Positions 32,534 to 43,200 of a DNA stretch of 64,000 nucleotides are shown piece by piece. The stretch lies in the NCBI GenBank assembly GCA_951406725.2, contig OX597817.1:74524001-74588000 (forward strand), written 5' to 3'. This DNA comes from Octopus vulgaris. Taxonomy: Eukaryota. How positions within the stretch are numbered: position 1 is the first letter of the stretch; each line of letters starts with the position of its first letter. The notes beneath the pieces are model-generated. The model made no database searches, had not been told where the DNA came from, and saw only the letters and a list, made by a program, of their open reading frames with translations. The translations under genes and the position numbers were made by a program.

Positions 32534-35500
32534 GGTCGATGCCCGCAGCAAGTTCTTAAAAATTTATCTTACTATTTTTATTTTTCCATACATAGCGCGA
32601 CATACATTCATTCGTTGTTACTACGTTTATTCATACATTGATAACTTGATTCGTCTTACCCATCTCTCTCACTACGAAAATTTAACCTTTTAGGCTACTT
32701 TCAAGCCTTCGCCATAACTTGATTTATCTTTCTTATCTCTCTCTCTACGAAATTTAACCTTAGGCTACCTCAAGCCGTAATCCCATCTTTCCCCATCTTT
32801 CCGCCATCGGCGGTCTTTCCTCCTCTTCTTCTTCTTATGCTAAAACTTGAAAATCGCCATTACCATTACAATTCTACAATTTAAATTCCCAATTCAACTT
32901 ACTTTCTTCTTCAATTTCAACTCCCGGTCGATGCCCGCAGCAAGTTCTTAAAAATTTATCTTACTATTTTTATTTTTCCATACATAGCGCGACATACATT
33001 CATTCGTTGTTACTACGTTTATTCATACATTGATAACTTGATTCGTCTTACCCATCTCTCTCACTACGAAAATTTAACCCTTTAGGCTACTTTCAAGCCT
33101 TCGCCATAACTTGATTTATCTTTCCTATCTCTCTCTCTACGAAATTTAACCTTAGGCTACCTCAAGCCGTAATCCCATCTTTCCCCATCTTTCCGCCATC
33201 GGCGGTGCGCCCCCCCTCCACCCCCACCACCAATACCGATGAACACTGTTCTCACCCCCACCACCAATACCGATGAACACTGTTCTCACCCCCACCACCA
33301 ATACCGGTGAACACTGTTCTCACCGCCACCACCAATACCGGTGAACACTGTTCTCACCCCCACCACCAATACCAGTATACCCTGTTCTCACCATCTACAC
33401 CGGATACGCCCTACTCATCTACACCGGATACGCCCTACTCCCTCCTCCTCCCCCCACTACCCCTTCTCCTCATATGCTTTCACTGTGAAAAGACAAGCTG
33501 CTAGCACCATAGCTCATCAACTGCCCACCGATCTTACGTTTCCTCCTGACACTGCCTCAATCCGACCATCCCCTTTTAGTACCTTCCCGCCTCGTAATAT
33601 CCTACGTTTTTATTTTTATTTCTTACGAACCTACACCAACCCTTCCTGCCATCGTACCTCCTTACCCCAACCTTCCCCACTGGTTGCTCCCCTATATTAC
33701 CCGCACCCTCTACTATCTCTCCCTCTCTTTCACTGGTGAAACCTTTCTCAACTGGACCCCCCTCCCCAACTCAACTCTAGAATATCTGTATTTCTTTCCT
33801 CTACCTAATTACGTTACTCAGTGACGATAACGAATGTCCACTGCTAACACCAGCTCCTGCCCACGGCGTGGTCAGGTTGGAAGAGAGATCAAAAGAAAAA
33901 TACCACGAAAACTATCACCACCACAACAACCCTCCTCTTCTCAGGCGCCGAATCCCCCCGTCCCCCCACATCTCCTTCCCAGTTTTCAGAGTTGGCACTA
34001 TCAATGTTGGTACATTGACAGGCAAGTCTAGTGAGATTGTAGAGATGCTAGAGAGAAGACAGGTTGATGTATGCTGCATACAAGAGGTAAGATGGAGAGA
34101 TGCTTCGGCTAGGGTCCTCACGGGCAAGGCACTTAGGTACAAACTCTACTGGCAAGGTAACGCGGAAGGTGTAGGGGGTGTAGGCATTCTCCTTGCGGAG
34201 GAATGGGTGGATAAGGTCATAGAGGTTGTCAGGGTTTGTGATAGAGTGCTTAAGCTCAGGTTGGTCCTACAGAGTGGCACAGCTATGATTATCTCAGCCT
34301 ATGCCCCACAAGCGGGACTACCAAATGATCAGAAGGACAACTTTTATGATACCCTTCTGCAGGCTACTTCAAAGACTAGTAACAAGGACCTCATCTTTGT
34401 AGGTGGAGATTTTAATGGGCATGTTGGGCGGGAATCGGGTATCTTCACAGGGGTACATGGTGGCTATGGTATTGGCACCAGAAATGATGAGGGAACTAGA
34501 CTGCTGGAATTCTGTGATGCATGTAACCTTTCAATCTGCAACACTAACTTCAAGAAGCCAGTCTGCCACCTTATAACTTATCAGTCAGGAGACTCCGCTA
34601 GCCAAATAGACTTCATCCTCACCAGACAACGGGATGCAGGGTTGCTCTTGAATATAAAGACCCTCCCGGGTGAAGAATGTATCCCTCAGCATAGACTAAT
34701 CATCAGTGACTTTAAGCTTGAGGCCAGAAGGACTCCAAGAAACAAACCAATCCAGAAAAGAAGGATTTGGAGGCTAAAGAACCCTTCGCATGGTCAGAAA
34801 TTTAGGGACATACTCATCAAGAAATTTGATGAGAGGGAGGAGGAGCTTCAGACGTCAGACATAGAAGGTAGCTGGGAATTCCTACGGGACAGCTTGCTGA
34901 GTGCCACAGACCAAGTCTGTGGATGGTGCAAAGTCCCTTCCAGACCTAGAATTACGTGGTGGGGGAATAGTGCAGTAGATAAAGCCATCTGTGAAAAGAG
35001 ACGGGCCTGGAAAGCCTGGAAGGATGGGGGCAGCAGGGAACTGTACCAGATAGCCAAAAGGGAGGCTGGGCGGCAGGTATACATTGCCAAAGATGTAGCA
35101 GAAAAGAAGAAGTTTGCCAATGTCCAGCGTCGCGAGGATCAAAGAGCTGAAGTATTTCAGATTGCCAGACAGTGTGTCAGAGAAAATAGCGATGTTATAG
35201 GAGAGAAATGTGTCCGCATGGATGATGGGGCACTTGCTTTTACTACTAGTGAAAAGAAAGAGGCTTGGAGAAGCCATTATGAAAGACTGCTGAATGAGGA
35301 GAATGAATGGGAGGAGGAGAGCCTGCCAAATGTTGACCCAGTAGAGGGACCAGCTACCCGAATAGACAGCTCCCTTGTAGATAAGGCAATTAAGGATATG
35401 AAACCAGGCAAAGCCCCTGGCCTATCAGGAATCACTGCTGAGATGCTTAAAACAGCTGGCTATGTGGGCTATGCCATAGTCACCCGCATTGTAAACCAGG

Positions 35501-38500
35501 TAGTTCACAATGGAGTCATACCCAATGACTGGTGCAGCAGCACCATAGTCAACTGCTACAAGGGTAAGGGTGATGCTCTAGATAGAAATAACTACAGAGG
35601 TATCAAACTGTTGGACCAGGTGATGAAGGTCTCAGAGAAGGTCATAACCAATCTCATTAGGGAGAGAATTTGTTTAGATGAAATGCAGTTCGGTTTTGTA
35701 CCAGGTAGAAGCACCACTGATGCTATATTCCTGGTCCGACAACTGCAGGAGAAGTACCTAGCTAAAGATAAACCCCTCTACATAGCTTTTGTAGACTTGG
35801 AGAAAGCCTTTGACAGGGTTCCCCGTTCCCTTATCTGGTGGTCGATGCGGAAACTGGAGATTGAAGAATGGCTAATAAGGGCTGTACAGGCTCTATACAG
35901 AGAGGCTGTCAGCAAGGTTAGGATTGGCAACGAATATAGTGAAGAATTCCGGGTAGAAGTAGGTGTGCACCAGGGCTCAGCCCTCAGTCCCCTTTTATTC
36001 ATCATAGTCCTTCAGGCAATAACAGAGGAATTCAAAACGGGATGCCCCTGGGAGCTCCTCTATGCCGATGACCTAGCTCTCATAGCAGAATCACTACCGG
36101 AACTAGAAGAGAAATTTCGGGTGTGGAAGCAAGGGTTGGAATCAAAGGGCCTTAGAATAAATGTAGCAAAGACCAAAGTATTAGTAAGCAGCAAGAGGTA
36201 CTCAGCACACACCCCCTCGGGTAGGTGGCCCTGCTCAACCTGTAGGAAAGGTACAGGTAGAAACTCCATAAGATGCACCCAATGTAAGTTATGGACACAT
36301 AAGAGGTGCAGCAACATTAAAGGGAAATTAACAGATAAGATAGCTTTCATGTGCGGCAGATGCACAGGGACAATAGACACAACAGACACTCAGAAAACAG
36401 ATTCCATCACACTCCAGGGAGAGAAACTAGAAGTAGTTGATAGTTTCCGCTACCTGGGTGACCAAGTTAGTAGCGGAGGTGGATGCACAGAGAATATCAC
36501 CACTAGAATACGAATAGCCTGGGCAAAGTTCAGAAAGCTCCTACCCCTACTGGCAACAAAAGGTCTCTCCCTCAGAGCAAAAGGTAGATTGTATGATGCA
36601 TGTGTGCGAACTGCCATGCTTCACGGTAATGAAACATGGGCTGTGACTGCAGAAGACATGCGTAGACTTGAAAGAAATGAAGCTAGCATGATCCGCTGGA
36701 TGTGTAGTGTCAGTGTGCACGCAAGACAGAGTGTAAGCATCCTGAGAGAAATGCTGGATATAAGAAGCATCAGATGTGGTGTGCAAGAGCGACGCTTGCG
36801 ATGGTATGGTCATGTGCTGCGGATGGATGAAGAGAGATGTGTGAAGAAGTGCCACTCCCAAACAGTTGAAGGTATCAGGGGGAGAGGTAGACCCAGGAAG
36901 ACATGGGATGAGGTAGTCAAGCATGACCTCAGAGCATTGGGCCTCACTGAGGCAATGGCGAAGGACCGAGATCTCTGGAGATATGCTGTGACTACAAAGA
37001 CCCGGGCTGCTTTCTGCAGCAATTCCACATACCCCCTACCCATTCTAAGTACCCCGGATCCCCAAAGTACCCTGGATCCCCAAAGTACCCCGATCCCCAA
37101 AGTACCCCGGACCTCGTTGCCCCCGTGCCGCTGACAAGTTAAAAGATCGAACCGATCGTGACCGATGCCGGACTCTCTGGCCCCTGTGCAGGTGGCACGT
37201 AAAAAGCACCCAATCCACTCACGGAGTGGTTGGCGTTAGGAAGGGCATCCAGCCGTAGAAACTCTGCCAGATTCAGACTGGAGCCTGGAGCGGCCCCTGG
37301 CTTCCCAGACCCGGTCGAACCGTCCAACCCGTGCTAGCGCGGAAACCGGACGTTAAACGATGATGATGATGATGATGATACAGATATATCAACATCATCA
37401 TCGTTTAACGTCTGCTTTCCATGCTGGCATTGGTTGGACAATTTGACTGAGGACTGGCGAACCAGATGGCTGCACCAGGCTCCAATCTGATCTGGCAAAG
37501 TTTCTACAGCTGGATGCTCTTCCTAATGCCAACCACTCTGAGATATATATATATATTATCATCATCATCATTTAACATTTGCTTTCCATGATGGCATGGG
37601 TTGGACAGTTTAACAGGATCTGACAAGCTGTAGGGCCACATCAGGCTCCAGTCAGCTTTTGTATGATTTCTATGGCTGGATGCTCTTCCTAATGCCAACC
37701 ACTTATGGAATGTACTGGGTGCATCTTCATTTTCATGCCATTATGCGAGACATAAAAAGAACAAATGAAAAGGGAAAAGCCTTCACTACTAAGTGGGTAG
37801 TATTTGAGAGGATAAGATGGCAGTGGGTGGCTTTATGCTAGGTATTGAAAGGATAAAGTATGACAAAAGACCAGCACTAATGTCTTGTTACAGAAATACA
37901 TAGCTGAAGGAAATAAAGGTAAGGTAATACTAGGCTGTTAGAACACATTCTCAAAGGTACAAGAAGATGATCAAAAGAGAGGATGTGAACAGTGGGTCAT
38001 GGGAGGAGGAGGTGAGAGAGTGGATATTTTCATAAGAGGTTGAGTGGGAAATAACTGATGGTTAAAGATGGGGGTAGGGGTAAATGTAGTGAGTGATGAA
38101 CAAGGGTGGAGATGTAGTTGAAGGGAAATATCAATATGGACAGGAGTAGGCTGAGAGATATAGGAGAAGCTAAGTGTGCAAGGTGGAGAGGGAGGTATGG
38201 AGGAACATGAGGGGCTACAGCAAGGGAGGCATATGCATCACATGACTATGACCAAACCAGTGAAGTTGTCTTTTCTTGCACACTGCATCTGATTCCTCTT
38301 ATGCCTAACTTTTCTCTAAATGCATTAGCACTTTGTCATACATGCACACTGACAGTGCATACTAGCTTCATTTCTCCCTAGTCTTTGCATTCTGGGCCAG
38401 CCATGAAGCTTTGCTATATGTACACAAGTATCATACAATCAGCTTTTCATTTGGAGAAAGAGAGTGTTTGTTGCCGACATAGGTAATAGCTCCCTGAACT

Positions 38501-38697
38501 TTCTCCATCTTATTCTTGTTCAAACAACTACACTTTTAGGACATCCTCCTCCATTGCATACAGAAACTATATACTACCTCTAAGGAGCCTCCCGGGTATT
38601 TGAGAAAAACAGTTTCCTATCTGTCCTTAGTCTTTATGGCACCTGTGCATCTTCCACATCTGTGTATGTGTGTGTGTATATATTTATATATGTGTGT

Positions 38698-38735
<38 letters not shown>

Positions 38736-40152
38736 TAGCAGTATCGCCCGGCGTTGCTCGGGTTTGTAAGGGAAATAACTATATAAGCATTTTTAGAGAG
38801 TTATAGCCAAAAAATAGCAAAAAATGCATTAAAAATGGAAAAAATATGATGGTAAATTTTTGGAAAATCGTTGACTCATCGTAGACATTTTTAGAGAGTT
38901 ACTTCCCTTATATAATAGCGAAAAAATGCATTAAAATGGAAAACAAACGATGGTAAATTTTTTTTAAATCGTAGACTCATGTAGACGCTTTCTTAGCCAT
39001 TTCTGTTTTGGTGTCTTCAAGCCATGAAGTCGTTGTTCTAAAAGAACGCTGGTCTCCTTGACAACGCATTACGACGTTGATTTCCTTACACTCCCTTCCC
39101 CACAGGTGCAGGTGTGAGCGTGGACGCCAACTCCGCCGCCATCGACACACGAAAAATTATGCATTAAAATGGAATAAAAAATGATGTTAAATTATTTTTA
39201 AAATCGTAGACTCATCGTAGACGCGCGCTAATACTCAGACGGGCTCGATATGAATCACGACTATAAGCTACCCGAATTTGGTTAAACTGCACCGCAAAAT
39301 GTGGGAGTAGTTAGGAATCTAAATCAAAGGGGACAGACACTCTCACAACTACAGTTTTATATATATAGATATACATAGCGCAGTAGTGGTGAGATGTGAC
39401 AGCAAAGAAAAGCATACATTCACTCTCTGCATGCAATTAGACTCGGAAAGTTCGTGAGGAACCCATTGACCCAATTTGCTGACTTTTCCGATAGCACACA
39501 GGTCTCAATGAATGGTTGAATGACCAAATCCAAGCTTCTCTGCTAGTTCCTCAACAGTTACGATGAGATTTTGTTCCACCAGGGTTTTCAGGATGTCCTT
39601 GTCGAGTTCTACAGATCTTTCAGGATGAGGCTCGTCTTCTAGGCTGTTCCAATATAGCTTTGAAAAAAATAGCTGTTAAAATCGAAATGCACTCTTCAAA
39701 ACTTGCACTATGAATAAGGACAAGATAAAATTACTACCTGCTTTTATAGCAAGTTAATATAAGTAGTTTATCCCATTCCCCTCTGACTTTTAGTTCAAGC
39801 TGTTGAAAAAACCGCATTATTATATATATATATATACATACATACATACATATACACACACACTCTCTCTCTCTCACACACATGCACACATTTATATTCT
39901 GTTATTCTTTTATATGTTTCAGCCTTGAGGTTGTGGCCATGCTGGATCATGTGTGTGTGTGTGTGTGTCTATCTGTCTGTCTGTCTGTATGTATATATGT
40001 ATATGTATGTGTGTGAACAATAATATTTTCAACAGATGTGTTGCAAATGTATCTGATTGTTCTCAAGCTTCAATACTGTGTGTGTGTGTATGTGTGTGTG
40101 TATGTATGTATATGTATGTATGTATGTGTGTATGTATGTATGTGTGTGTGTA

Positions 40153-40200
<48 letters not shown>

Positions 40201-43200
40201 AGTGTATGTTTACTCTATTACTAACACAAGCCATTTAATGTAAAGTCTTCCTCAAATCACTATCTCTGGCTATTTACTCTCTTCCAAGAACATTTTCACT
40301 CACACTTATGTGTTAGCTTCCCATACATTTTACTCATGTATCTATCAGCGTGATAGAGAGAAACAAATATTACATCTAGTTTCACTTTATTCGTTGCCCA
40401 CTGTGTGTGTGCGTTTGCGTGTGGTGTAAACCAGACTAAGAAAAGCATTTGACACATACACCAGAATGTGAGTTTTCTGTAAATTTTGCTTAATTGGAGT
40501 TTAAATTTTAAAAACTGGACCTGGCATGACGCGATGCATTGTACTCTTAAAAATGCAAGGTAAATTGTAATTGAAGAAATCCTATATTGTAGATTTGTAT
40601 AACTCCCAAAGGGAGGCAGATAAAATCTGCCTTTTATAATAAGAGATATATGTAAATGTAATATGTGACAATTATTCGGTGGCCATGATAAAACTCCTAG
40701 TTTCGGATGCCGAGGTGGAAATCCACGCCACCATCTCTTCAGTTATCTGGCCATTGGATAACTCGGCACCCAAAACTCAGAGTTTTATCATGGCTACCGA
40801 ATAATTGTCACATATTACATTTACAGATAAATTCCTCTATTTACTTAATATCGAGGTCTCTTTCATTCTTTTGTTGTCTTAACATTTTTATCAATATATA
40901 TATATATATATATAATATCTGTATTAGCTTTTTAGAGTGCCTAAATCCATATTCGATATTCTTAGACCTTCACAGTTCCTTTTATACTGATTGAGTTCTT
41001 GTAGAATTTCCCACCAAGGTTTTCTTCACTGTTAGCATCTGTACATCAGTAGTCATATGTTGATTTGCTTGTCTTGGTCAAATTTTGACAGTTTTTAAAA
41101 CAAATTTTCACTTCTTGCTATGATTGTTCTCTTCTTTTGATATATTTGTGTTTTAAATATAGTACATCCATAAGAGATGTTATTTCCTACCATAATACAG
41201 TAAGTTTGCCTTTCAGTGATGTATTTCGATTGAAGAATCATGCACAGGTCGCTATTTTAATTTAGTGTTGTATCTGTCTTCCACTATAGCCTTTGGCTGA
41301 CCGAACCCTTTTAAGTGGATTTGGTAGACAGAAACTGAAAGAAGCCCACTATATATATATATATCATCATCATCATCATCATCATTTAACGTCCGCTCTC
41401 CATGCTAGCATGGGTTGGACGATTTGACTGAGGGCTGGCAAACCAGATGGCTGCACAAGGCTCCAATCTTGATCTGGCTGAGTTTCTACAGCTGGATGCC
41501 AACCACTCTGAGAGTATAGTGCGTGCTTTTACATGCCACCAGCATGGGGGCCAGTCAGGCGGTACTGGCAACGACCTCACTCGAATCTTTTTACACATGC
41601 CACCAGCACAGGTGCCAGTAAGGCAATGCTGGTAACAATCACGCTCGAATGGTGCCTTTCATGTGCCACTGGCACGGAAGCCAGTTAGCCACTCTGGCAA
41701 CGATCACGCTCAGATGGTGCTCTTAGCACCCTACTAGTACGGGTCTCAAGTGCCAGTAAGGCGATGCTGGTAATGATCACACTTGAATAGTGCCTTTTAT
41801 GTGCCACTGGCACGGAAGCCTGTTAGACACTCTGTCAACAATCATACTCATATGGTGCTCTTTCTACCCTGCTAGCACGGATGCCTGTCATAGAATTTGA
41901 TTTGATTTTGATTTCACTTGCCTCAACAGGTCTTCGCAAGCGGAATTTAGTGTCCAATGAAGGAAAGGTACGCATAAGTGGGCTGGTTACACCCCTGGCA
42001 TAGGCCACGAGGTTAAGGTCTCATTTGGCTTGCCAGGTCTTCTCAAGCACAGCATATTTCCAAAAGTCTCGGTCACTAGGCATTGCCTTGGTGAGGCCTA
42101 ATGTTCGAAGGTGTTGCTTCACCACTTCATTCCAGGTCTTCCTGGATCAACCTCTTCCACAGGTTCCCTCAACCGCTAGGATGTGGCACTTTTTCACACA
42201 GCTATCCTCATCCATTCTTGCCACATGACTATACCAGCGCAGTCGTCTCTCTTGCACACCACATCTGATGCTTCTGAGGTCCAACTTGTCTCTCAAGGTA
42301 CTTACACTCTGTCGAGTATGCACACTGACATTACACATCCATCGGATCATACTGGCTTCATTCCTTGCGAGCTTACACATGTCCTCAGCAGTTACAGCCC
42401 ATGTTTCACTGCCATGTAGCATGGCTGTTCGTACACATGCGTCATACAGTCTACCTTTTACTCTGAGCGAGAGGCCCTTTATCACCAGCAGAGGTAAGAG
42501 TTCTCTGAACTTTGCCCAAGCTATTCTTATTCTAGCAGCTCCACTTTCAGCGCACCCTCCCCCGCTACTGACTTGGTCACCTAGGTAATGGAAGCTATCA
42601 ACTACTTCTAGTTTTTCTCCCTGGAATGTGGTAGAAGTTGTTCTCTGCACATTTTCAGTGTTTATTGCTCCTGAGCATCTGCTACATACAAAAACTATCT
42701 TCCCAGTTAGCCTTCCTTTGGTATTGCACCTCTTATGTGTCCATAGATTGCACTGGGTACATCTTATAGAGTTTCTACCTATGCCTCTACTACAGATCAA
42801 GCAGGGCCATCTACCTGAAGGGATTTGTGGTTTGCCTGCCTTCCTACTTATTAGGACTTTGGTTTTAGCTAGGTTGACTCTAAGGCCCTTCGATTCTAAT
42901 CCTTGTTTCCACGCTTGAAACTTCTCCTCTAGTTCTGACAGTGACTCAGCAATTAGAGCAAGGTCATCAGCATAGATGAGCTCCCAAGGGCATCCTGTCT
43001 TGAATTCCTCCATTATTGCCTGGAGTACTATGATAAATAGGAGGGGGCTGACGGCTGAACCCTGGTGGACCCCTACCTCTACCCTGAATTCTTCAGTGTA
43101 CTCGTTGCCAACCCTCAACTTACTGACAGCGTCCCTGTACATGGCTTGCACGGCTCTCACTAACCATTCATCTATCCCTAGTTTCTTCATTGACCACCAG

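Larger units (their letters stand above)
32532..37379 (+). mobile_element. Apparently full-length RTE-clade LINE in PHF14 intron 1
   Basis: About 1.3 kb tandemly repeated 5' region, an uninterrupted 1088-codon ORF, a structured 3' UTR and a (GAT)n tail. It is inserted at a (TA)n tract with no clear TSD. Confidence 0.95.

Noticed and set aside
33219-33390. 34 bp repeat array resembling a CRISPR array
   Set aside because: Units are contiguous without unique spacers, there are no cas genes, and it lies in a eukaryotic LINE 5' UTR. The RTE 3' modules were rejected as CRISPR for the same reasons.
32532-33870. HDV-like ribozyme expected at some RTE 5' ends
   Set aside because: I could not assemble the nested double pseudoknot by eye; a motif search is needed.
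36232-36363. Idea that the RTE PHD finger was captured from its host gene PHF14
   Set aside because: Ligand spacing and sequence differ from the PHF14 finger, and the domain is already present in a diverged RTE subfamily; the co-location is probably coincidental.
34848-37100. Antisense ORFs over the RTE and CR1 coding regions
   Set aside because: Shadow frames of the LINE ORFs with no independent motifs.
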